From Candidatus Aenigmatarchaeota archaeon (lineage in GTDB: Archaea > Aenigmatarchaeota > Aenigmatarchaeia > QMZS01), in contig JAGLVB010000003.1 in the NCBI GenBank assembly GCA_023134135.1, positions 98,218 to 162,217 of the forward strand: 64,000 nt of DNA, in the 5' to 3' direction. Position 1 is the stretch's first letter. Every line of letters starts with the position of its first letter. The translations under genes and the position numbers were made by a program. This document shows, in pieces, positions 27,258-35,719 of this stretch. A model generated the notes under the pieces. The model was given only the letters and a program-made list of their open reading frames with translations. It was not told the DNA's origin and did not search any database.

Positions 27258-28151
27258 CTAAGGAGTCTTCCGAATAATCTCGTAGTAAGTCACATCTCCT
27301 TCATCATCAACAACAGCCCATAACATCTTTGCTCTAATATTGTGCGCTAATCTAACCGCTCTGGATAATTCTGGGAAAGAACATGTGTAATTTTCGGGTA
27401 TTGCGTGAACAATCCATTTTGTGTGTTCTCTCACTGATTTTGGACCTCTCTTTAATTTTACCCCTCTTGCGTAAACCCTGAAGTGAGTGCCGAACTTGAA
27501 CCCGGTTCTCACAAGAAGACCCCGACCTCTGAGTTCTTCATATACTGTAAATTTCCATGGGAATTCTTTGTCCTGCAAGCAGGCATATTCATAAAATTCC
27601 TCAACATTTAATTCTTTTTTATTTTCATAGATTTTCAGTTTATTTCTTTTTGCAAGCACAAGAGCTTCTTCAAGGGAGAGTTCATTTTTATCATCTTTGA
27701 TTTTTCCAAAGCATCCATAATCATAAATTTCTTCTCCATCAGTTTTGTCAAATATGTAAATTTTATTTTCAAGAAGAGTTCCTTTGTAGGTTTTCTTTGG
27801 TTCTCTTTTAAATTTGTTGGATTCTTCTGAAGAACTTTCCTGAGCCTCTTCATTTTCCGGGAAAATCTCTTCGCAGCTCAAAGGTTTAATCTCTTCTACT
27901 TCTTCTGTTTTCTTGGATTTCTTTTTTACTTTATCCGTTTTAGGTTCATTAGTTTTTTTTGATATTCTTTTTTCTTTGGAAACTTTTTTTGTTTTGGCGG
28001 AGGATTCTTTTTTAACTTTAACCGCAGTTTTTTTGGTTACTTTCTTTTTTGCTTTCTTTTCAATCTGAGCATCATCCAAAAATTCCTTTTCCTCAATTAT
28101 CTTGGTTTTCTTTTTGCTGACTGTCTTTTTGGTTTCTGTTTTCTTTCTCAT
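27258..28151 (-). CDS. endA: tRNA-splicing endonuclease (single alpha-type unit) with a ~110-aa Lys-rich N-terminal extension
   Basis: The C-terminal catalytic region FRVYARG...HTKWIVHAI...RLAHNIRAKMLWAVV carries Tyr/His/Lys triad positions. The N-terminus is KKTxKK-type low complexity. Confidence 0.75.
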   Translation of the reverse strand: MRKKTETKKTVSKKKTKIIEEKEFLDDAQIEKKAKKKVTKKTAVKVKKESSAKTKKVSKEKRISKKTNEPKTDKVKKKSKKTEEVEEIKPLSCEEIFPENEEAQESSSEESNKFKREPKKTYKGTLLENKIYIFDKTDGEEIYDYGCFGKIKDDKNELSLEEALVLAKRNKLKIYENKKELNVEEFYEYACLQDKEFPWKFTVYEELRGRGLLVRTGFKFGTHFRVYARGVKLKRGPKSVREHTKWIVHAIPENYTCSFPELSRAVRLAHNIRAKMLWAVVDDEGDVTYYEIIRKTP

Positions 28152-28672
28152 AAATCCACACCTTTAAGAGTGTTGTTAATTTTACACTCTTTGCAAAAAT
28201 CCATCACCTCAAAATCAATATCCTTTGCACAGGTAATCTTGTGCATTAAACATCTTGGGTGCTGGCAGTCTTCAAGTCCTTTTATTCTTCCTGTGGAATA
28301 AATCACTTCTTTTACCAGACGGTCAATCAATAAATTAAAATTTGGTTTTTCCTGATAATATTCAGGTTTAATCCTGTATGTTGAAATTAAAGCAGGTCCG
28401 TCATATTCAACTGTTGAAAAAGTATAACTTAATTTGTCTGTGTATAAATCCGCATCTGTAATCGCAATAATAGTTCCTTTCAGGTTCCTGAGGGTGTCTA
28501 TAATCACATCAGCGTTATATTGTTTCCTATACACATTTAGCGAGGTTTTTGGAAGTTCGGTTTTAGCGTAAACTCTCACAAGAAAGTTCCTATCTTTCAG
28601 CCTTAGTTTTAGCGCCTCAATTGTTTTTTCATCAATATCCCCCATAGGAACAATATCCAGTTCTATCCTCAT
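28148..28672 (-). CDS. Archaemetzincin-like protein with HExxH replaced (probable pseudo-protease)
   Basis: YSTGRIKGLEDCQHPRCLM...FCKEC aligns to HExxHxxGx3Cx4CxM...CxxC. All four Cys, the Gly and the Met are kept, but HExxH reads YSTGR. Confidence 0.6.
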   Translation of the reverse strand: MRIELDIVPMGDIDEKTIEALKLRLKDRNFLVRVYAKTELPKTSLNVYRKQYNADVIIDTLRNLKGTIIAITDADLYTDKLSYTFSTVEYDGPALISTYRIKPEYYQEKPNFNLLIDRLVKEVIYSTGRIKGLEDCQHPRCLMHKITCAKDIDFEVMDFCKECKINNTLKGVDL

Positions 28673-28780
28673 AAATCTATAGAATATTTAAATAATTAAG
28701 CAATATTAGGGGTTTATCTTGGTTATACGCAATCCATCTTGAAGAATAACTTCATATAAATTTAATAATCTACTTTAAAT

Positions 28781-29356
28781 ATGAGTGCTAAAAAATGCAT
28801 AATAATTCATGGATGTCCTTCCAAAGCAGAAAAACTAATGAATTCAAAAACAAGAACTTATGATAAACACTGGATGCCATGGATTAAAAAAGAATTAATA
28901 GCAAAAAATATCGAGACAGAAACCCCTCTCATACCTTCTCCCTGGGAACCAAATTATGAAAAATTCAGGAGAGTATTTGAAAGCTATGATATTGATGAAA
29001 ATACGATTTTAATAGGTCACAGTTGCGGTTGTGCTTTTTTAGTTCGTTGGCTCGGGGAAACAAAGAGAAAGATTTCCAAACTTATTCTTGTTGCGCCCTG
29101 GAAAATCAATAGCAGAGGTGGTAAATTTAGAGAAACATTTTATAATTATCAAATTGACGAAACAATTAAAGATAGAATAAACAAAATTGTAATGTTTACT
29201 GCTGATAATGAAGAAGATGATGGAAAAGAGAGTTTGAAAATTTTTCATAAAGCTCTTGAAGGTGAAATTATTGAGCTTAAAGGGCGAGGGCATTATACTA
29301 TTGGCGATATGGGAACTGAGGTATTTCCTGAATTATTAAAAGAGATTTTAGAATAA
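28781..29356 (+). CDS. YdeN/RBBP9-type alpha/beta serine hydrolase
   Basis: About 190 aa with IIIHGCPS, LIGHSCGCAF (GxSxG) and a late GHY. Confidence 0.6.
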   Translation: MSAKKCIIIHGCPSKAEKLMNSKTRTYDKHWMPWIKKELIAKNIETETPLIPSPWEPNYEKFRRVFESYDIDENTILIGHSCGCAFLVRWLGETKRKISKLILVAPWKINSRGGKFRETFYNYQIDETIKDRINKIVMFTADNEEDDGKESLKIFHKALEGEIIELKGRGHYTIGDMGTEVFPELLKEILE

Positions 29357-29364
29357 GAATTTTT

Positions 29365-29412
29365 CTTTTTTGGGTGCAGACCTTTAAATTAACTGAACAA
29401 ATAAAGGGTTGC
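29365..29412 (-). repeat. Hairpin module copy 1 (tRNA-Leu 3' trailer)
   Basis: Minus strand: GCAACCCTTT-N-AAAGGTCTGCACCCAAAAAAG, starting 2 nt after the tRNA discriminator base. Confidence 0.8.
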
Positions 29413-29414
29413 AA

Positions 29415-29603
29415 TGCAGGAGGACGGAATTTCATTCACCCAAATAATTGCCTTTTTTGGGGTGCAGACCTTTTTCAATAATTGCATTGAAAAGGGTTGC
29501 TTCGAACCGTCGAACTCACTAAGAGACTGGATCTTGAGTCCAGCGCCTTTTTCTGTAACAAAGTCAAACTGACTTTTATCTGACCAGACTTGGCTACTCC
29601 TGC
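29415..29603 (-). tRNA. tRNA-Leu(CAA) with two non-canonical introns (D-loop ~30 nt; T-loop ~72 nt near position 58-60)
   Basis: Minus strand: GCAGGAG-TA-GCCAAGTCTGGTCA[insert]AGGCG-CTGGA-CTCAAGA-TCCAG-TCTCTTAGTGAGTTC-GACGG-TTCGAA[insert]T-CCGTC-CTCCTGC-A. The 7/7 acceptor stem, 5-bp anticodon stem and 5-bp T stem are all Watson-Crick. It also has U33, G37 and a class II variable arm. No 37/38 intron and no encoded CCA. Confidence 0.7.
29452..29500 (-). repeat. Hairpin module copy 2 (5' part of the tRNA-Leu T-loop intron)
   Basis: Minus strand: GCAACCCTTT-N-AAAGGTCTGCACCCCAAAAAAG, starting immediately after T-loop TTCGAA. The ends match copy 1; the interior differs but still forms a hairpin. 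Confidence 0.8.
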
Positions 29604-29704
29604 ATAATATTGTTACTATTTTTTATTTGCCTTTAATCTGGAATTAGATAAAGTTATCTATATTTGTGTTTTAAAAAAAATAAGTAAAAATTAAAAAAAC
29701 TGAA

Positions 29705-29881
29705 TTACAGGTCGTAACTTCTCAATGTTTTTCTTCCGTTTGCTTTTGATCTGTTTACTGCTTTTGTGATTGCTTCTTCGACCATTTTTGAAAGACCTTC
29801 TGAGAAATCGCTGCCTACGTTTACATCTGACTGTTTAGCGAATTCCTTTATTTTTGATTGAACTACTAACATTTCACTCAT
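29705..29881 (-). CDS. Small histone-fold-like DNA-binding protein (tentative)
   Basis: From the ATG at 29881: MSEMLVVQSKIKEFAKQSDVNVGSDFSEGLSKMVEEAITKAVNRSKANGRKTLRSYDL. The pattern resembles archaeal histone/DUF1931 (...RVs.dA...l...A...A...GRKT....D.) but is shorter. Confidence 0.4.
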   Translation of the reverse strand: MSEMLVVQSKIKEFAKQSDVNVGSDFSEGLSKMVEEAITKAVNRSKANGRKTLRSYDL

Positions 29882-30075
29882 AATAATACCTGTATTGGTA
29901 TATATAGGCATTTTACGGGGTTTTTTTGGAGATTTTGCGATTCTCCGGCGAATTTAAGGGATACAGACGATTTTAAATATTTAACCCAGTTACTTTGAAA
30001 CCCAGAATAAAGGCTTTTTAGCTAATATTTCAGGAGAGATGAAATTGTAATTATTACAGAAATTAAACTAATGTT

Positions 30076-31059
30076 ATGGAGAACTCTGTTAAGAAGAATA
30101 TGCAAATATCAGCCCGTGTTTGTGTCAGAACCTGCATGAAAGTAAAACCTGATGAGAATGTGTTGATTGTAAATGAAAACAATAATAATATTGTTGATGC
30201 TTTTAAAGAAGCATGTGAGGGAGCCGGAGCCACAGCGAGAATTAAAAATGTAAAACTTGAAAGAGATAGGGAAGAACCTCCGGAAGAAATAACAATTGAA
30301 TTAATGAATTCCAATGTTGTTCTTTTGGCGACCCAACATTCTTTGACTCATACAACCGCGGTTATAAATGCGCAAAAAAGCGGGGTGAGAATTGCTTCGC
30401 TTCCGGGAATTACAGAAGAAATGTTTTGCAGAGCAGTGCCTGTTGATTATGTTAAGATGCATGAACTTGGAGAGAAAGTAAAAAGAATACTTGAGAAAAA
30501 TGAGTTCCTAAGAGTAAAAACAGACAAGGGAACTAATGTTGAGTTGGAGATAAAAGGGAGAACAATTATAATAGATTCTGGAATTATTGATAAACATAAT
30601 TTGGTAAATCTTCCTGATGGTGAGGTTGAGGTTGCTCCTCTGGAAACTAAAACAAATGGGAAAATTGTTGTGGATGGTTGCGGTTCTCCGGTTTGCGAAA
30701 CAAAATTCGGGAGAGTGGGAAAAATAAAGCAAGACATAATTTTATCAGTAGAAAATGGTCGGGTTGTGAATATTGAAGGCGGGGAACAGGCAGAAATCCT
30801 GAAAAATATCCTGGAAGATATGAATGACCCCGGGGCTTATGTAATCGCGGAATTTGCAGTGGGAATAAATCCCAAGGCAAAGATAACAGATAAAATCCTT
30901 GAATCAGAGAAAGTTTTGGGTACTGTGCATTTTGCTCTTGGAGAAAACCGGAGCATGGGAGGAATAAATGAAAGTAAAGTCCACTGGGATTTTGTCCTGA
31001 AAGACCCGAAGATATATTCAAAAGACGGGGAATTAATTATAGATTGTTCTAGATTATGA
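30076..31059 (+). CDS. M29/aminopeptidase T-like protein (tentative)
   Basis: 327 aa. The N-terminal ARVCVRTCMKVKPDENVLIV and overall layout resemble thermophilic aminopeptidase family members. Recalled similarity only. Confidence 0.45.
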   Translation: MENSVKKNMQISARVCVRTCMKVKPDENVLIVNENNNNIVDAFKEACEGAGATARIKNVKLERDREEPPEEITIELMNSNVVLLATQHSLTHTTAVINAQKSGVRIASLPGITEEMFCRAVPVDYVKMHELGEKVKRILEKNEFLRVKTDKGTNVELEIKGRTIIIDSGIIDKHNLVNLPDGEVEVAPLETKTNGKIVVDGCGSPVCETKFGRVGKIKQDIILSVENGRVVNIEGGEQAEILKNILEDMNDPGAYVIAEFAVGINPKAKITDKILESEKVLGTVHFALGENRSMGGINESKVHWDFVLKDPKIYSKDGELIIDCSRL

Positions 31060-31105
31060 AATTAGAGAATTTAATAGGAACCAATTTATATAAACAGATA
31101 TAATT

Positions 31106-32383
31106 ATGACTTGGGATACCGGATATGGGGATTTAAAGGGAACAAAAAATTACTCAACAAAAAAGCAGATTTTGAGAGAGGATATTATAAAAATCATAAA
31201 AAAAGTTCTTGAAAAATACGGGTTCAATCCAATAGAAACCCCAATACTCCAGCTTTATTCTCTGCTGTCTTCAAAGTACGGAGGAGGCGAGGAAATTTTA
31301 AAGGAATGTTATCAACTTAAAGACCAGGGAAAAAGAAGTCTTGGTTTGAGATATGAACTCACAATAACTCTTGCGGGTTTTCTAAAAGAAAACCAAAATT
31401 TAAAGATACCTTTCAAGAGATATGAAATCGGGAAAGTTTTCAGGGACGGACCAATAAAACAATCAAGGGTAAGGGAATTTACGCAGATTGATTTTGATGT
31501 TGCGGGAGTAAAATCAGAACTTGGTGAACTTGAAATTCTTTCAATCTTTGAGGAAGTTTTCAAAAAATTAAATTTTGATATTGAGATACAACTGAACAAC
31601 AGGAAGATTCTTATTGGGATGCTTGAATATGCGGGAATAAAGGATAACCAAAATTCAGTTATTCTTTCAATAGACAAACTTGAAAAAATAGGGAAGGAAG
31701 GAGTTGGAAAAGAGCTCACGGAGAAAGGTCTGAAAGAAGAACAGATAGAAAAGATTTTTGAGGTTCTTGAAATAAAAGGAACTAATGAAGAAATACTTTC
31801 AAAATTAGGAGAATTATTGAAAACAGAAACTGGTAAAGAAGGAGTTGAAGAATTGGGAAAACTCTTTGAATTAATTGAAGTTTATAATCTTGAAAAAGTA
31901 ATATTAGTTCCTTCTCTTGCAAGAGGTCTGAATTATTACACCGGAACAATTTATGAAGTATTCTCAAAGGAAAAAACAAGTTCTTCTTTGGGGGCGGGAG
32001 GGAGATTTGATGAATTGCTTTCAAAATCACTTGGAAGAGACCTACCTTCTGTTGGGGGTTCATTCGGTCTTGATGCAATTTCTTCTGTTATTGAATCAGA
32101 TAAAAAATCAAACACTCAGGTTTATTTGATTCCTGTTGGAATTCCCGATGAAAAATTTCTCCCAGTTGTGAAAAAACTAAGGGAAAAATTAAATGTTGAT
32201 TTTGATTTATCCGGAAGGGGGATAAGCAAAAATCTTGAGTTTGCAAATGCTAACAATATTCCTTTTTGCGCAATTCTCGGAGAAAAGGAGATGAAAGAAG
32301 GAAAAGTCAAATTAAAAAACATGAACACAAGGGAAGAAAACCTTTTAAGTATTGATGAAATTGTTAAGATAATTCAAGGGTAG
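31106..32383 (+). CDS. hisS: Histidyl-tRNA synthetase
   Basis: LRYELTITLAGF, FRDGPIKQSRVREFTQIDFDVAG, ARGLNYYTG and GGRFDEL class IIa motifs, plus a C-terminal anticodon-binding domain. Confidence 0.9.
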   Translation: MTWDTGYGDLKGTKNYSTKKQILREDIIKIIKKVLEKYGFNPIETPILQLYSLLSSKYGGGEEILKECYQLKDQGKRSLGLRYELTITLAGFLKENQNLKIPFKRYEIGKVFRDGPIKQSRVREFTQIDFDVAGVKSELGELEILSIFEEVFKKLNFDIEIQLNNRKILIGMLEYAGIKDNQNSVILSIDKLEKIGKEGVGKELTEKGLKEEQIEKIFEVLEIKGTNEEILSKLGELLKTETGKEGVEELGKLFELIEVYNLEKVILVPSLARGLNYYTGTIYEVFSKEKTSSSLGAGGRFDELLSKSLGRDLPSVGGSFGLDAISSVIESDKKSNTQVYLIPVGIPDEKFLPVVKKLREKLNVDFDLSGRGISKNLEFANANNIPFCAILGEKEMKEGKVKLKNMNTREENLLSIDEIVKIIQG

Positions 32384-32408
32384 TATATATTTAAAGTTTT
32401 TTAGATTT

Positions 32409-32837
32409 ATGGAAGTAATTGATTTTTTTGATAGTGTTTCACACAAAATTCTTAGTGATGGATATTTTCACCCGGAAATTCCCAAATACCTTAAGGATTT
32501 GGAGAGAAATGTAATTTCGGGTTATATTGGAAAATCCCATGGCGAAGTGAAAATCAATCCAGCATTTTTTAGAGCTAACAAAGAATTATCTTTAGAAATA
32601 TTTCCTCAATTAGTTGAGAATATAAGAAATATGCGTGAACTAAATTTTAAAATAGAAACTGGAGATTATGTTCTGAGAATTCCAGGATATAGTCGCGCAG
32701 GGGGAGCAAGTATTTATAAAGGGGAAAAACCTGCATATTTTGCTTCCGGAAATTATGGTTATTTGGGTAATAATGCTAAAACTTCTTATGATGCAGGACA
32801 AAAATTTGTTAAATTAGTTGACGCAGAAAATTGTTAA
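32409..32837 (+). CDS. Hypothetical protein
   Basis: 142-aa ORF. No family recognised. Confidence 0.4.
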   Translation: MEVIDFFDSVSHKILSDGYFHPEIPKYLKDLERNVISGYIGKSHGEVKINPAFFRANKELSLEIFPQLVENIRNMRELNFKIETGDYVLRIPGYSRAGGASIYKGEKPAYFASGNYGYLGNNAKTSYDAGQKFVKLVDAENC

Positions 32838-32918
32838 CTTTTTGAACTGGTGAATTTTTCTTTTATTAATTAACGAACCAACAAAAAATCTTATTTATTA
32901 AAATAAATAAATTAGGGA

Positions 32919-34013
32919 ATGGTATCCCCAATAAATTTGGAAAGTGTTAATATAACCAATCATATGGAGAAATTAAAGCCGGAAATAGATAAGATTATTG
33001 AGAAATATCTTCCAACTAAAGTAACTCAGGAATGGCTTGAATTTACATTCGGGAAACCAAGATATAAATATAACCTTGAAGCCTCGCAAAAGGCGATTAT
33101 TGACCCAATAAGAGATTTTCTTGACAGGGGAGGAAAAAGATGGAGACCTGTGTTATTTTTATTGATTGCTGAATCTGTTGGAGGTGATATTGAAAAACTA
33201 AAGGAGTTTGTGGTTATCCCTGAAATTATCCATAATGGAACAATAATGATTGATGATGTTGAGGATATGGGGGAATTGAGGAGAGGAAAGCCCTGCACCC
33301 ATAAGATTTACGGCGAAGATATTGCGATTAATGCGGGAAATTTCATGTATTATGACCCATTACTTGCTTTCGCAAAAAACCGTAATCTGTTTGAGCCCGA
33401 GGTTCTTGTAAGGGCTTATGAGGTTTATGTTCAGGAGATGCTTAATTTAAGTTTTGGTCAGGCATCTGATATTTATTGGCATAAGGGAAATGTTAAGATT
33501 GAAGAGGAAGAATACATGCAGATGTGCGCTTACAAAACAGGATGTCTTTCAAGATTGTCCGCAAAACTGGCTGTAATTTTGTCAGGTGGGGATGATAAAT
33601 TGGCAACAAGAATCGGAGAAGTGGCTGAGACAATAGGCGTTGCTTTTCAGATACAGGATGATATTTTGGATATTGATTTAAAGGGAGAAGACCGGGAAAA
33701 ATTCGGTAAAATTTTCGGGAATGATATTAAGGAAGGAAAGAGAACCCTAATGGTTATCCATACATTAGAAAATGCAAACGAAGAGGATAAAAAAAGACTA
33801 ACAGAAATTTTAGACAAACACACCGATGATATGGAAGAAAGAGAGGAAGCGATTTCAATTATCCGGAAATATGGAGCAATTGAATACTCACAAAAGAAGG
33901 CAAAGGAAATTGTTGAAAATACCTGGAAAGAAGTAGAACCTTTGCTGGAGGAAAACAAGGCTAAAGATTTGCTAAAAGAATTTGTTTATTATCTGATTGA
34001 GAGAGATGTTTGA
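32919..34013 (+). CDS. Polyprenyl (geranylgeranyl) diphosphate synthase
   Basis: The first Asp-rich motif is IMIDDVEDMGELRRGKP and the second is FQIQDDILD. Confidence 0.85.
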   Translation: MVSPINLESVNITNHMEKLKPEIDKIIEKYLPTKVTQEWLEFTFGKPRYKYNLEASQKAIIDPIRDFLDRGGKRWRPVLFLLIAESVGGDIEKLKEFVVIPEIIHNGTIMIDDVEDMGELRRGKPCTHKIYGEDIAINAGNFMYYDPLLAFAKNRNLFEPEVLVRAYEVYVQEMLNLSFGQASDIYWHKGNVKIEEEEYMQMCAYKTGCLSRLSAKLAVILSGGDDKLATRIGEVAETIGVAFQIQDDILDIDLKGEDREKFGKIFGNDIKEGKRTLMVIHTLENANEEDKKRLTEILDKHTDDMEEREEAISIIRKYGAIEYSQKKAKEIVENTWKEVEPLLEENKAKDLLKEFVYYLIERDV

Positions 34014-34014
34014 T

Positions 34015-34447
34015 TTATAATTTGGAAATTGCATCTTTCAGCCAATTTGGACAATCCAAATTTTCCAGTTCTTTTCTTTCAATCCATTTATAATTAAGAT
34101 GTTTATCACTCAGAATAACATTATCTGAGTTGGATTCGCACAAATAAGTCTTTCCATCTAAGTGGATCCCCTTTTCTTTTAAATCTAAAGACCATTCATT
34201 TAACAATTCTTGAATTTTAATTTCAAGTCCAACTTCTTCTTTAATTTCCCTTTTTAGAGCTTCGTCATCAGTTTCTCCGAATTCTTTTCTTCCCCCCGGA
34301 ACTTCGTATTTTCCTCCAATAAAACATTCATTTTGTAAAGCAAAATGATGCACCGTTTTTCAAAGAAAAACAAGTGTTTTCTTTTTCTAATATAAGGTAT
34401 TTATTTTTGTAAAGAATTAATCCTTTCACAGCCTTATAATCGTTCAT
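34015..34447 (-). pseudogene. NUDIX hydrolase split by a 1-nt frameshift in an A5 run (about 34356-34360)
   Basis: ATG at 34447 gives MNDYKAVKGLILYKNKYLILEKENTCFSLKNG..., with a stop at 34328. The Nudix box GGKYEVPGGRKEFGETDDEALKREIKEEVGL is in the adjacent frame (track ORF 34015..34353, GTG). Removing one A restores a single ORF. Confidence 0.6.
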
Positions 34448-34472
34448 AAATTATTTAGTTATTTGATTATTA

Positions 34473-35033
34473 ATGAGTAACTCTACAGAATATGGGTTTA
34501 TGGTGACTGAACTTAGAAAATATATAAAACTTTTAGATATTGCAGCTAAAGGATTGCCAACACTTCAGGAATCAACAGAGAAATTTACCCCTGAGAGATT
34601 ATATAAACAAAATTATGATTTTTTAGATCCATTTAAAAATATGTTTGGGGTATTGGGGGCGAAAGTAGTTAAAGAAGAACTTGTGGGTGATGCAAGATAT
34701 TTAGAAATTGACCTTTCAGAAAGTGAATATGTAAATAATGGGAGGAGAATTTCCAATAATCCTGATGCACTTACCTCAGAGATATGGTTTGGTTATGATC
34801 TAGCTCCTAAGAATGAGGAAGAAGATTCTGATTATTTTTTTGATGGGGTTTATGATATTGATGGGAATTCTAAAATGAGATTAGGTTTAGGCGGTCTTTA
34901 TTATCATGATTTAACTGAAAAGGAAGATGAGAGAATTGCAATTAGTATTGGAGATAAGTGTTATGAAGGTAGATTTATATTTCCTGCGAAAGACTGGAGA
35001 ATGATTGTGGACGAATTGTTTGAATCAAAATAA
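34473..35033 (+). CDS. Hypothetical protein
   Basis: 186-aa ORF. No family recognised. Confidence 0.4.
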   Translation: MSNSTEYGFMVTELRKYIKLLDIAAKGLPTLQESTEKFTPERLYKQNYDFLDPFKNMFGVLGAKVVKEELVGDARYLEIDLSESEYVNNGRRISNNPDALTSEIWFGYDLAPKNEEEDSDYFFDGVYDIDGNSKMRLGLGGLYYHDLTEKEDERIAISIGDKCYEGRFIFPAKDWRMIVDELFESK

Positions 35034-35067
35034 TTCTATTTTTTAAGTTGGTGATATTTTACAATTT

Positions 35068-35658
35068 TTATAAATGGCGACCAGAACTATGATAAATTCC
35101 TCTATGAGGTTTTCCTTCTTTAAAATAACCCTTTCCATCTTTGAACTCTACTCTTACCGCATACTTGGATGTTAAGCTGTTTGGGAGGGGTATATTTATC
35201 CCAGATTCAATAAGCCCCTCATTGGCTGAAAGAGTGATATATGCAAATTTAGAGCCTTCCAGAGGAACCAAACCCGTAATTTTTTCATCAACATGGATAG
35301 GTCTATAATTTTCCATAATCTCAAGTATTGTCTTTTTATCAGAAGGGTGCTGAGCTTGATAATATCTGATAGCATTATTTAGATTATCCAATATATTTTC
35401 AGGTGTTTCCGCTGCATTTATTAAAGTTTCACGGAAATCTTCGTAAGAACCCTTAAATGGATGAATCGCATCATAAATTTCACCCAAATGCAAAAAAACT
35501 TCTTCGAATGGATTATCTATAGTAATTATACCTTCTTTATCACGCTGAAAATCAGAAAAAGAATTTTTGTTACAGGTTCCGTAGACAGGTTCACAAAGTT
35601 TAGTCATACCATCATTAAATCGTATCTGTTCTTCTGAGGACAATTCTTTAAATACCAT
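35068..35658 (-). CDS. Hypothetical protein
   Basis: 196-aa ORF. No family recognised. Confidence 0.4.
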   Translation of the reverse strand: MVFKELSSEEQIRFNDGMTKLCEPVYGTCNKNSFSDFQRDKEGIITIDNPFEEVFLHLGEIYDAIHPFKGSYEDFRETLINAAETPENILDNLNNAIRYYQAQHPSDKKTILEIMENYRPIHVDEKITGLVPLEGSKFAYITLSANEGLIESGINIPLPNSLTSKYAVRVEFKDGKGYFKEGKPHRGIYHSSGRHL

Positions 35659-35719
35659 AAAAGTAATTTAATTAAAATTATTTATGCATTATAATTTATC
35701 TATTAATAAGTAAATTGTT

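Noticed and set aside
27635-27853. Track ORF overlapping endA on the same strand in another frame.
   Set aside because: It is an alternative frame within the Lys-rich part of endA. The endA frame continues into a recognisable catalytic domain.
29415-29603. Alternative reading of the tRNA-Leu locus as two split tRNA half-genes or as a tRNA pseudogene.
   Set aside because: All exonic parts are co-linear on one strand within 189 nt, and every stem pairs perfectly once the two inserts are removed. A single intron-containing gene is the simpler model. The pseudogene option cannot be fully excluded without expression data.
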